DNA of 64,000 nucleotides, taken from NCBI GenBank assembly GCA_902593735.1, contig CACJJL010000009.1, forward strand, positions 6,242 to 70,241, given 5' to 3'. A model generated the notes under the pieces. The model searched no databases. It saw nothing but the letters and a program-made list of their open reading frames with translations, and was not told the DNA's origin. The position numbers were made by a program, and so were the translations under genes. Origin of the DNA: an uncultured SAR116 cluster alpha proteobacterium (GTDB lineage: Bacteria; Pseudomonadota; Alphaproteobacteria; Puniceispirillales; Marisalimonadaceae). Shown piece after piece: positions 8,345 to 17,917 of this stretch; the stretch's first letter is position 1; every line of letters starts with the position of its first letter.

Positions 8345-10429
8345 TCAATTCAAAGTAATTAAGCCGTCTACAGCTACAATTCCTTCATTATTTTTTTTTA
8401 CTATAACTGGATTGATCTCAGCTTCTTTAATTTCTTTGACTAAAGCAAATTTAGATATATTCACTATTGCATTAGCAATAATATTTATATCAACTTCAGG
8501 AAGTCCTCTATATCCAGTTATAGTCACAAGACTTTTAACTTCCTTAATCATTTTTTTTGCCTCTGTGAAATCAACTGGTGCCATCCTTATCGATTTGTCA
8601 TTATATATCTCCGATAAAATACCGCCAGAACCAATTACAACAATTGGTCCAACTAATTCGTCAACTCTATAACCCAAAATTAGTTCAGAAATACCTTTTT
8701 CCATTTTTTGAATAAGAAATTTTTGGTCACTATTGTTTATTTTTAATTTCTGAAATACATCTGATAACTTTTGAAAACTAGTTTTCAGCTCTTCTAAATT
8801 TTTGATATTTAATTCAACACCTCCAGTTTCTGTTTTATGAAGTATCTGATTTGACAAGACTTTCATTGCTAGAGGAAAACCTATTTGGGAACTATGTTCT
8901 ATTGCTTGTTTTTCGTTAAAACTTACTTTGTGATCTACAATTTGAATTCCAATATCTTTAAAAATTTCTAATGCTTCTTCTTCAGATAAATTCTTGGATA
9001 TATTTTTCTTTAGCTTTTTTGAAATATTACTTAAATCATTTTTTAAAATTTTTGGTTTGACTGGATTTTTAGTATTTAAAAAGGTCTTCACACTCTCTGC
9101 ACAAGACTCGGGTGTCCTAAAACAAGCAATATTATTTTTATGTAGTAAAGTTAGTGCTTCTGGAGCATCAGGGGCAACATACACAGCTAACGGTTTTGGG
9201 TAATTTGCCCATTTTAATAAAGGCTCAACTGCTTGCTCTGGTCTAAATTTAGCAGACGAACCAACTACCATCACGACTAAATCGCAATTTTTATTTTTCA
9301 TCATCCGGCTAATTACTTTGTTAACAATTTCTGGTTTTGTTCCAGCAATAGTTAAATCAACTAATTTATTATTGTTAAATGGAATATGATTTTTTTGCAT
9401 AATTTTCTTTATTGATAGACCAGGGTCTACTATTTCAATATTACTGTCTGACAAACTTTCTACAACCATAGCACCTCCACCACCAGTTGTAGTAACTATA
9501 CCAACTCGTTTAGATTCAGGTTTTTTCTTATTTTTAAATAAATTTGGAATTTCAATTAATGTTTCAAAGATTTCTACTCTAGCAATACCATGATAATTTA
9601 TGAATGCATTGAACGCATCATCATTTCCTGCAATTGCTCCTGTATGTGATTTTGCTAATTCTTTACCTAATTCAGATTTGCCAAGTTTGTAACAGATAAT
9701 TTGTTTTCCAGCTGCATGTGCCATTCTGGACATCTCTGCTACTTCATCACTATTTCTTAATGTTTCTAAAAATAATATTATAGTTTCGGTGTTTGGATCA
9801 TTTACTAACATTTTACCAATTTCTCCAACGGAGAGATCTATCTCATTTCCAACAGAAACCAATTTAGAAAAACCAATATTTCGAGAGTGACCATGAGCCA
9901 ATAAGGCTCCGATAAGACTTCCACTCTGTGAGATTACACTAATACTTCCCTTCTTTAAATCTTGAAGTTCAAGCATAGCATTTGCGCTTAAAATGATATT
10001 ATCTGAGATATTTATAAGACCAATGCTATTTGGCCCTAATATTCTTAAATTGCCTTTTTTTGCTATTTTAAAAATATATTTTTCTAACTCATTACCTTCA
10101 GATCCAGATTCACTGAATCCTCCAGATAAAATCGTAGCACATGTAACATTTATTGAGATAGCATCCTTTATAGAATCAATAATTTTATTACCATCCACAG
10201 CAACAAAAATATGATCAACTTGTTCATTAATTGATTTTAAATTTGGATAACATTTTAATCCAAAAATTTCTTCCCTATTTGGATTTACAGGAAATATTTT
10301 TCCTTTATAACCATGCGAAACTAAAAATCTTTGTGCTCGTGAACCAGTTTTTTTTGGATCAGCAGAAGCACCTATTATTGCAACTGATTTTGGGGTTAAA
10401 AAAGATTGGGTTAAAGAAACATCTATCAT
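8345..10429 (-). CDS. Acyl-CoA synthetase (NDP-forming, acetate-CoA ligase family, fused alpha/beta)
   Basis: PKSVAIIGAS, GPNSIG, SQSG, SVGNE, phospho-His motif SHTGAIAG, ATP-grasp HKTETGGV, EINP, AVDG. Start moved from 10474 to ATG 10429 to avoid overlap with the upstream gene. Confidence 0.9.
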   Translation of the reverse strand: MIDVSLTQSFLTPKSVAIIGASADPKKTGSRAQRFLVSHGYKGKIFPVNPNREEIFGLKCYPNLKSINEQVDHIFVAVDGNKIIDSIKDAISINVTCATILSGGFSESGSEGNELEKYIFKIAKKGNLRILGPNSIGLINISDNIILSANAMLELQDLKKGSISVISQSGSLIGALLAHGHSRNIGFSKLVSVGNEIDLSVGEIGKMLVNDPNTETIILFLETLRNSDEVAEMSRMAHAAGKQIICYKLGKSELGKELAKSHTGAIAGNDDAFNAFINYHGIARVEIFETLIEIPNLFKNKKKPESKRVGIVTTTGGGGAMVVESLSDSNIEIVDPGLSIKKIMQKNHIPFNNNKLVDLTIAGTKPEIVNKVISRMMKNKNCDLVVMVVGSSAKFRPEQAVEPLLKWANYPKPLAVYVAPDAPEALTLLHKNNIACFRTPESCAESVKTFLNTKNPVKPKILKNDLSNISKKLKKNISKNLSEEEALEIFKDIGIQIVDHKVSFNEKQAIEHSSQIGFPLAMKVLSNQILHKTETGGVELNIKNLEELKTSFQKLSDVFQKLKINNSDQKFLIQKMEKGISELILGYRVDELVGPIVVIGSGGILSEIYNDKSIRMAPVDFTEAKKMIKEVKSLVTITGYRGLPEVDINIIANAIVNISKFALVKEIKEAEINPVIVKKNNEGIVAVDGLITLN

Positions 10430-10439
10430 AGTTATAAGA

Positions 10440-11591
10440 TCATTTATTTGGCCTTTGAGAAAATCTCCTTTCAAAGATATCTTCAGCTATTCTATTTTTC
10501 ATCATTTCAGTTGATCCACCAGCAATTTGCCATCCTCTAGATTTTCTGAAACAATATTCGACCAGTGACTCCTGCGAATACCCTGTTCCACCCATTATTT
10601 GCATTGCTTCATTGCAAATATCGAAACCAGCTTTATTGCAGAATGCTTTAGCAATTGATGTTTCTTTAGAAGAAGGGAAACCTTTATCTGCATTTATTGC
10701 AGCTCTGTATAACAATAATCTGCCAGCCTCTATTTGAATTTTCATATCTGAAAATTTCCACTGAATACCTTGAAATTCACAAATCTTTCTACCAAATTGT
10801 TCACGTGTAACTGCATGTTCTTTTGCAACATTGAAAGCAAACTCTCCTACTGCTAATGATCTAGCAGTGTTTCCAATTCTTTCTGCATTAAATCCAGAAA
10901 TCTGTTTCTTAAATCCCCCAGGTCCAAGTAAAACATTTTCTTTGGGAATGAATACATTATCAAAATATAATGCACACCATTCTTCACCATTTGTATACCT
11001 TGAAGGCTTGCCAAGCGTAAAACCTTCCATTGATCTATCCATTAGAACAGAGCCTATTCCATTTATTCCCTCGTGATACCTAACATAAACTAAAAATATA
11101 TCTGCATCAGGAGAGTTACTTGTAAAAACTTTACTACCAGAAACTCGAAAACCATCACCATCTTCAACAGCTTTAGTTGTTAAATCTGTAACAGCTGAAC
11201 CTGCATTTGGCTCTGTCATTCCAAGAGCAATGACAATTTCTCCCCTAAGTAACTTACTCAAATATTTTTCTTTTTGAAAATCTGAAGCATATTCAGCAAA
11301 TGTTCTTAATGGACCAAAACTTCCTGACTGAATAACATCCGCACTTCTAGGACAAACTAAAGCAACCTGTTCGATTGCAATAACAGCATCCATTAACTTA
11401 CCACCCTGCCCTCCATCATTTTCAGGAAGTGTTATTCCCATTAAACCATTTTCGGCAAATAATTTAGCTACATCTTTAGGAAAATTTGGATCATGAGCTC
11501 TTTCAAGGTTCCGTTCACTTAAGTTATTTTCAGCAAGATTTCTAACTGAATTTTGAAATATTATTTGTTCTTCTGTTAAATTAAAGTCCAT
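10440..11591 (-). CDS. Acyl-CoA dehydrogenase family protein
   Basis: MTEPNAGS, GSKVF, REQFGRKI, FQGIQW, QIMGGTGY, IAGGSTE. Confidence 0.93.
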   Translation of the reverse strand: MDFNLTEEQIIFQNSVRNLAENNLSERNLERAHDPNFPKDVAKLFAENGLMGITLPENDGGQGGKLMDAVIAIEQVALVCPRSADVIQSGSFGPLRTFAEYASDFQKEKYLSKLLRGEIVIALGMTEPNAGSAVTDLTTKAVEDGDGFRVSGSKVFTSNSPDADIFLVYVRYHEGINGIGSVLMDRSMEGFTLGKPSRYTNGEEWCALYFDNVFIPKENVLLGPGGFKKQISGFNAERIGNTARSLAVGEFAFNVAKEHAVTREQFGRKICEFQGIQWKFSDMKIQIEAGRLLLYRAAINADKGFPSSKETSIAKAFCNKAGFDICNEAMQIMGGTGYSQESLVEYCFRKSRGWQIAGGSTEMMKNRIAEDIFERRFSQRPNK

Positions 11592-11608
11592 TTTTTTTCC
11601 TATATTAA

Positions 11609-13213
11609 TTATCCTCTTAGCGATTTCAATTGTTCTTTGTATCCATCTGGGTCAACCCAAACATCAATTAGACGTGGCCCTTTTAAATTAGATGCCTCCA
11701 TTAAAGCGTTTTCATATGATGAAATATCTTCAACTTTCCATGATTTACAACCAAAACCATTTGCTACTTCTGCAAAATTTGATCTTGGCCATGTTGTTCC
11801 TGATCTTTTCAAATTTCTAGATTTTTGTTTAATATCTATTAAAGATAATGCTCCGTCATTAAACACAATAACTAAGATATTAGCATTATATTGAACAGCA
11901 GTTGCCAATTCTGAACAACACATCATAAATCCACCATCTCCTGTAAATGCTATTGTACCCTTTTCAGGGTTTGCCAATGCTGACGATATTGCAGCTGGCA
12001 AGGCAAAACCCATTGTTGCCAAACCGTTTGAAATCAGAACATCAAAAGGCTTTGATGCTTTCCAAAATGCCGTTGCAGAAAACATATGTGCTCCTGCATC
12101 TATAGATATTCTTGGATTTTTATTGTACTTCTGGGCAAGCTCAACAATAGATTGGGGATTAAGTGTATTATTACTAGGAAAAATTAGTTTTGATTTTATT
12201 TTTTGCTTGAAATTTTTAATCTCACTATTCATCCAATCAGATTTATTAAAAAAAGTTTTTATCTTCCCAAGGTTAGTACTAAGATTCCCAATCAAGTTAG
12301 CGTTAGGGCTAACATAATGTATTTCATGATTGACAAGAGAAATATTTAAAACAGGAATGTTATAAGGCCAAGGTTGAAGTATTAGTTCTACTGGATCTAA
12401 CCCAATGAGAACTATTAAATCAGAATCTAATATGGAAATTTGTTCGGCCTTACCTCCTGTAAAAATTCCTACTAAATTTTTATTATCATCCGGTATTACA
12501 CCTTTTGCTTTATAAGTTACAAGAGTAGGACAATTAATAATATTTATAATTTCTGCTACAGTCTTAGAGGTATCCTCAATTAAATTCTCTAAACCTAAAA
12601 TTATTACAGGTTTCCTTGACTTTTCGATTAGAGAGACAACTTTATCATCAAGAGAAAAACTTTGATCTGCATTGTCGTTATTTGGTTCAAAATTTTTATT
12701 TTCAATTATTGTCTGAGCTACAGACGATATTAATTCTATATAAACTGGCCCATAAGGAGGAATCAAAGCATTTGAAACTATATCTTTAAACTCTTTTTCT
12801 GGATTTTCATTCTGTAAATTTGTGTAGTTTTTACTAAATGGAGACATTAACTTTTTTTGATCAAAAACTTGATGAGTAACAAATGAACTTAGTTTATCTG
12901 AAAATCCGTCACTAAATAAAATTAATGGCGATCTATCTAGAGATGAGTATGCAATCCCATTTATAGAGTTTGACAATCCTGGCCCCTTAGTAACAAGGGC
13001 AACTCCAATTGATTTTGTTAACTCTCCAAAAACACTTGCCATTATAACAGCTGCATCTTCTCTTTTTACCAAATGAAAATCTATATCTACCTTATCAAAA
13101 GCATCTATTAAATCTAAACTACTACCACCGCCAGGAACTCCGAAAGCCTTTTGAACACCAATATTTTTTAGGTGAATAGCAATCATTTCAGAAATTTTAA
13201 TTTTATTTTCCAT
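11609..13213 (-). CDS. ThDP-dependent enzyme (acetolactate synthase/decarboxylase superfamily), substrate unknown
   Basis: FGVPGG, catalytic Glu in KREDAA, TKGPG, MGFALPAA, ThDP motif GDGG...VFND. Confidence 0.9.
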   Translation of the reverse strand: MENKIKISEMIAIHLKNIGVQKAFGVPGGGSSLDLIDAFDKVDIDFHLVKREDAAVIMASVFGELTKSIGVALVTKGPGLSNSINGIAYSSLDRSPLILFSDGFSDKLSSFVTHQVFDQKKLMSPFSKNYTNLQNENPEKEFKDIVSNALIPPYGPVYIELISSVAQTIIENKNFEPNNDNADQSFSLDDKVVSLIEKSRKPVIILGLENLIEDTSKTVAEIINIINCPTLVTYKAKGVIPDDNKNLVGIFTGGKAEQISILDSDLIVLIGLDPVELILQPWPYNIPVLNISLVNHEIHYVSPNANLIGNLSTNLGKIKTFFNKSDWMNSEIKNFKQKIKSKLIFPSNNTLNPQSIVELAQKYNKNPRISIDAGAHMFSATAFWKASKPFDVLISNGLATMGFALPAAISSALANPEKGTIAFTGDGGFMMCCSELATAVQYNANILVIVFNDGALSLIDIKQKSRNLKRSGTTWPRSNFAEVANGFGCKSWKVEDISSYENALMEASNLKGPRLIDVWVDPDGYKEQLKSLRG

Positions 13214-15305
13214 TTCGACTTTCTTTAGTTATTAAAAGATTACCTGTAGAGTCCATTTTTAAGTTAAAATAAGGTGGTACAATTAGAGTTGACTCTCTTT
13301 CTTCAATAATTAACGGGCCATTTTTTTTAAAGTTTTTCGGTAAATTGTTTCTTTGAAAAACTGGAGTGTCTAAATATGTCTTTCCGCCAAAATATGCTTT
13401 TCTTTTTTTGGAGTTTTTATGAATTATGGATAAGTTTATCTTCTCTTGTTTAATGATAGGCTGTGACGATATGCTTGTTGCAATAGTTCTAAGAGAAATA
13501 ATTTCTAAAGGCATTTTTTCAATTCGTCCAAATAGGTCTCTATAAACTCTCTCAAATTCAACGCTTATGTTTTTAATATTATTACTATTTAAACATTTTT
13601 TGCTAATTGGAACTTCTATCTCATAACCTTGACCAATATATCTCATTAACAGACTATTAGAGATGTTTATTTTATTTAATTTGGTCCCAGTTTTAAGTAA
13701 TGACTTTTCCCCCTCTTTTTTTAATAAATTAAATTTTCTTTTAAGTTTTATAAAATTTAAATCATCTAAATTTTGCATATCTGCCTGAACTAATTCAAAA
13801 GCGTTTGGTGACGCTATCATTCCAATTGCCGAGGCAACTCCTGCATTTGATGGACAAATCATTTTGTTAATATTCATTTTAGCCATCATACTACATGCGT
13901 GGACAGGACCAGCTCCACCAATTGGAATCATAGAGAATTTTTCTATTTTCCTTCCTTTTTCTAAGGCGTGTATTGTTGCTGCTTGAGACATATTTTCTGT
14001 AACTATCTCATGTATAGCCCAGGCTGCGTCTAACACGGATATACCCATTGGTTTTGCTATATAATCTTTGATTGATTTTTCAGCATTTTCTTTCATAAGT
14101 TTCATATCACCACCCAAGAAATTGTCAGGGTCAATGTAACCTAAAATTAAATCAGAATCTGTTACTGTTGGTAGTTTTCCACCTAAATCATAACACGCTG
14201 GTCCTGGATAAGAACTTGAACTTTCTGGACCCACTTGAATCAAACCCATTTCATCTATGCGCGCTATACTTCCCCCACCAGCTCCAATTTCAATCATATC
14301 AACAACTGGAACTTGAAGTGGCAAACCACTTCCCTTTGAAAAACGAAAAACTCTTGCGACTTCAAATATTGTAGTTCTATTAGGTCTTCCATTTTCAATC
14401 AAACATGCTTTAGCAGTTGTTCCTCCCATATCAAAACAAAGTACATCACTGATATTTTGAATTTTTCCGTATAAGGTGGCTGCTTGAGCACCACCTGCGG
14501 GTCCTGACTGTACTAATCTGATTGGATACTCTACAGCAATTTTTTCGTGAACTATACCACCATCTGATAACATTAAAAAAAGGTCATTCTCAATCCCAAT
14601 TTTTTTTATACCTTTTGCTAAGAGATTTACATATTTTTTAAAAATAGGTTGGACATATGCATTTGCAACGCAGGTGGATGTTCTCTCATATTCACCAATC
14701 TCAGGGCTAACAGTGCTAGACAAACATATGTTCAAACCAGGTATATGTTTTTGTATTATTTTCTTGGCAAGTTTCTCGTGAGTAGCATTTTTAAATGAAT
14801 GCAAAAAAACAATAGCTAAAGTTTCTACATCTGATTTTTTTATTTCTTTAGCTACTTTAATTAGTTCTTTCTCGTCTAGTTTTTTTATAATTTTACCTTG
14901 AAAATTTAGTCTTTCTGAAACTTCAAACCTCAAATTCCTCTGAACGATTGGTGATGGCATTTCTAAATCTAGGGCAAATAAATCATATCTCCACTCTCTA
15001 CCTATTTCTAAAACATCTTTAAATCCTTTTGTTGTAAGAAGAGCTGTTTTTACTCCCTTTCGTTCAATTAAGGCATTAGCTACTAGAGTTGTACCATGTA
15101 TAATTCTACATTTTTTTGGATCAATTTTATGCCTTGCAAGTATTTCTTTTACACCTGACAAAACGGCTTCTGAGGGATTTATTGGAGTTGTTAAAATTTT
15201 ACCATTAAATTGTTTTCCGCTTATCTGGTCAACCACAACAATGTCTGTAAATGTTCCACCAATATCTACACCAATTAAAAATTGAATAGGTTGATTAGGC
15301 ATCAT
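13203..15305 (-). CDS. Hydantoinase A / 5-oxoprolinase family ATP-binding subunit
   Basis: GVDIGGTFTD, HGTT, EYERTST, SGPAGG, DMGGTT, EIGAGGGS, MRYIGQGYE. Start uncertain (15302-15317). Confidence 0.93.
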   Translation of the reverse strand: MMPNQPIQFLIGVDIGGTFTDIVVVDQISGKQFNGKILTTPINPSEAVLSGVKEILARHKIDPKKCRIIHGTTLVANALIERKGVKTALLTTKGFKDVLEIGREWRYDLFALDLEMPSPIVQRNLRFEVSERLNFQGKIIKKLDEKELIKVAKEIKKSDVETLAIVFLHSFKNATHEKLAKKIIQKHIPGLNICLSSTVSPEIGEYERTSTCVANAYVQPIFKKYVNLLAKGIKKIGIENDLFLMLSDGGIVHEKIAVEYPIRLVQSGPAGGAQAATLYGKIQNISDVLCFDMGGTTAKACLIENGRPNRTTIFEVARVFRFSKGSGLPLQVPVVDMIEIGAGGGSIARIDEMGLIQVGPESSSSYPGPACYDLGGKLPTVTDSDLILGYIDPDNFLGGDMKLMKENAEKSIKDYIAKPMGISVLDAAWAIHEIVTENMSQAATIHALEKGRKIEKFSMIPIGGAGPVHACSMMAKMNINKMICPSNAGVASAIGMIASPNAFELVQADMQNLDDLNFIKLKRKFNLLKKEGEKSLLKTGTKLNKINISNSLLMRYIGQGYEIEVPISKKCLNSNNIKNISVEFERVYRDLFGRIEKMPLEIISLRTIATSISSQPIIKQEKINLSIIHKNSKKRKAYFGGKTYLDTPVFQRNNLPKNFKKNGPLIIEERESTLIVPPYFNLKMDSTGNLLITKESRNGK

Positions 15306-16947
15306 TGTTCCTTTCAACCTGTTTTTTATAAATCAATTTAGCCTTTTTGGAGCTTAATAATCCACTTTCAATATCGTTAATAATTTTTTTTCTATCTCTT
15401 TTTTTAGGAGTATACATTCCACCTCCACCAGGCGTTTGAAAAGTTGCTATATCTCCAAATTTAAGAGGATAAGAAGTTTTTGCAGGTATTTTTTTGTTAT
15501 TTACAAGATCAATTCCTTTAGAACCATCTCCTCCACCTAATATTCCTCTAGGAGGGTGTATCACTCTTTCATGCCTGATAGTCATCATGATAGTTTTTGA
15601 AGACTTAGATTCAAATGAGATTTTTTGAGCTGGACCTCCAACATATTGTCCTACTCCTTGGCTGTCTTTTACAAAAGATTTTTCATGAACCAATAATGGA
15701 GCTTGGTTTTCAAATTGTTCTATAGATTGATTTGACACATTGCTGGGAAAGCTTAGACATCCTGGACCATCACTACTACTTCTTGCACCGTGACCTCCAT
15801 TCATAAAAAACATTTTAACAAAAGGTTTATCGTTATTTTCTTGTCGTCCTTTAAAGTAAATATTCCATAAAGGTGATCCTGATTCAGCAATTATGTTCTT
15901 AGGGATTACTTTAGATAAAGCACCATAGATTGCTGGAGGTATATAATGACCTGTTAAATGCCTGCCCCAAACTGGCGCTGGTCTAGTTGGATTAACAATA
16001 GTCCCCATAGGAGCTATAATTTTTACTGGTCTAAATGATCCATCGTTATTTGGAGCGTTCGGATCAATAGCGCATTTTAAAGCATAACAGGCATACGCAT
16101 AGGTATAATTAAATACACTGTTAATCGGCCTATTTATCTGTTTTGATGTTCCACTGAAGTCAATGATAATATTATCTTTTTTAACTTCGATAAGGCATTT
16201 GATCTTTAGAGGATTATCAAAGCCATCTACAAACATTTCATCAACATACTTCCCATCAGGAATATCCTTAATTTTTTTTCTCATGCTTTGTTCTGATTTT
16301 TTTAAAATGTTTGAAATAATTCGGTCCAAATCATTCAATTTTTCTTCATTTAATAATGTTAATAATTTTTTTGTAGCCACATCATATGCTGAAAATTGAG
16401 CTCTAATATCTCCAAGTGTTTCTTCAGGTTCCCTCAGATTTTGTTGTAAAAAATCTATTACTAGTTTATTTTCAATCCCTTTTTCTACTATTTTACAAAT
16501 AGGAATACATAATCCTTCTTCATAACTATCTTGAGCATTTGGAGATGGTGCCCCTCCAATATCAACCGTATGAGCGGTACTTCCTGCAAAGGCAATCAAT
16601 TTTTTATTTTTAAAAATAGGTGCTACCATTGTTATATCGTTAAGGTGACCTGTACCTAACCAAGAGTCATTTGAAATTACAACATCACCCTCAGAAAAAT
16701 GATCAGCTGGTATTTTTTTTAATATTTCTTGGAGTGTGTGTGGCAGTGTTCCTATAAAGGAAGGAATACTTTTTTTTGTTTGAATGAATTGTCTTCCATG
16801 AACATCAAGAAGACTAAAGGCCATGTCATAATTTTCTCTAACTACCGCTGAAAAAGAAGAACGAATAAAACTTTCTGCAACTTCGTCTATCATCCCGTTA
16901 AGTCTTTTCCATATAATTCCAAGTTTAATTGGATCAATTTTATTCAT
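15295..16947 (-). CDS. Hydantoinase B / 5-oxoprolinase family metal-binding subunit
   Basis: SFSAVVRENYD, GTGHLND, HTVDIGG, EEGL, IDFSGTS, TPGGGG. Start moved to ATG 16947 (MNKIDP). Confidence 0.93.
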   Translation of the reverse strand: MNKIDPIKLGIIWKRLNGMIDEVAESFIRSSFSAVVRENYDMAFSLLDVHGRQFIQTKKSIPSFIGTLPHTLQEILKKIPADHFSEGDVVISNDSWLGTGHLNDITMVAPIFKNKKLIAFAGSTAHTVDIGGAPSPNAQDSYEEGLCIPICKIVEKGIENKLVIDFLQQNLREPEETLGDIRAQFSAYDVATKKLLTLLNEEKLNDLDRIISNILKKSEQSMRKKIKDIPDGKYVDEMFVDGFDNPLKIKCLIEVKKDNIIIDFSGTSKQINRPINSVFNYTYAYACYALKCAIDPNAPNNDGSFRPVKIIAPMGTIVNPTRPAPVWGRHLTGHYIPPAIYGALSKVIPKNIIAESGSPLWNIYFKGRQENNDKPFVKMFFMNGGHGARSSSDGPGCLSFPSNVSNQSIEQFENQAPLLVHEKSFVKDSQGVGQYVGGPAQKISFESKSSKTIMMTIRHERVIHPPRGILGGGDGSKGIDLVNNKKIPAKTSYPLKFGDIATFQTPGGGGMYTPKKRDRKKIINDIESGLLSSKKAKLIYKKQVERNNDA

Positions 16948-16961
16948 ATTTCTCTTCCTAG

Positions 16962-17900
16962 TTATTGGTATACAGGATAAATCCATTCATTAAATTCTTC
17001 ATTATTACCTCTAACAATCTCTGTAAATTTATTTTGCAAAAACCTAGTTATTTCACCTGGTTTACCATTTCCTGCGAGCATTTTGTCAACACTTAAAATT
17101 GGCATTATTTCTTGTCCTGTACCACAGTAAAAAATCTCTTGAGCAATATATAATTCAGTCCTATCAACTTCTCGACTTTCCACTTTTAAATTAAATTTCT
17201 TTGCAATTTCTATGATACTATCTCTGGTAATACTTTCTAAAATTCCACTAGTTATATTTGATGTAATCAATGTGTCGTTTCTAATTATGAAAATGCAACC
17301 ACCCGGTCCCTCACTTACCTTGCCATTTGCTGTTAACATTATTCCACCATCATAACCGCTCTCTTTAGCTTGGATACTAGCCAATCTACTATTTAAATAA
17401 TTTGCAGATGCTTTTATGCGTGGTGGACTCGCATTATCATCCAGCCTTTGCCATGAACTTACAGTAAAATTTTTACCTTCTTTAAATGCAACTGCTCTTG
17501 GTCTAGGATAACTTACGATTGAAGTGCTTACTGGAGTTTGCAAAGCCATTTCCCCCCAATCGTCTATATAGCCTTGAAGCCTAATATAAATATCTTCTTG
17601 GTAATTATTAGCTTTTAAATTTTTTAAAATATCTTCTTTAATTGTAGAAGAATCTGGAAATTCAGAGAATTTCAAAAGCCTCATCGAATTTGTAAATCTT
17701 ACTAAATGTTCATCTAATCTAAAAATATATAATTCATTTAATTTATCGTTCCAATATGCCCTAATACCTTCAAATACAAGTGCAGCATATGAAAGACCAG
17801 GAGCAGTAACTGAAACTTTAGCTTTATTTAAAGGCATCAAGCTACCATTCATGGTAACAACTTTTATTTTATCTCTTGGGTTATTTAATTCAGTCTTCAT
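16962..17900 (-). CDS. PLP fold-type IV (branched-chain-like) aminotransferase
   Basis: VFEGIRAY, FRLDEHLVR, YIR, catalytic Lys IKASANY, SEGPG, ILESITR, CGTGQEI. Confidence 0.9.
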   Translation of the reverse strand: MKTELNNPRDKIKVVTMNGSLMPLNKAKVSVTAPGLSYAALVFEGIRAYWNDKLNELYIFRLDEHLVRFTNSMRLLKFSEFPDSSTIKEDILKNLKANNYQEDIYIRLQGYIDDWGEMALQTPVSTSIVSYPRPRAVAFKEGKNFTVSSWQRLDDNASPPRIKASANYLNSRLASIQAKESGYDGGIMLTANGKVSEGPGGCIFIIRNDTLITSNITSGILESITRDSIIEIAKKFNLKVESREVDRTELYIAQEIFYCGTGQEIMPILSVDKMLAGNGKPGEITRFLQNKFTEIVRGNNEEFNEWIYPVYQ

Positions 17901-17917
17901 ATAATTTCCAATCTAAA

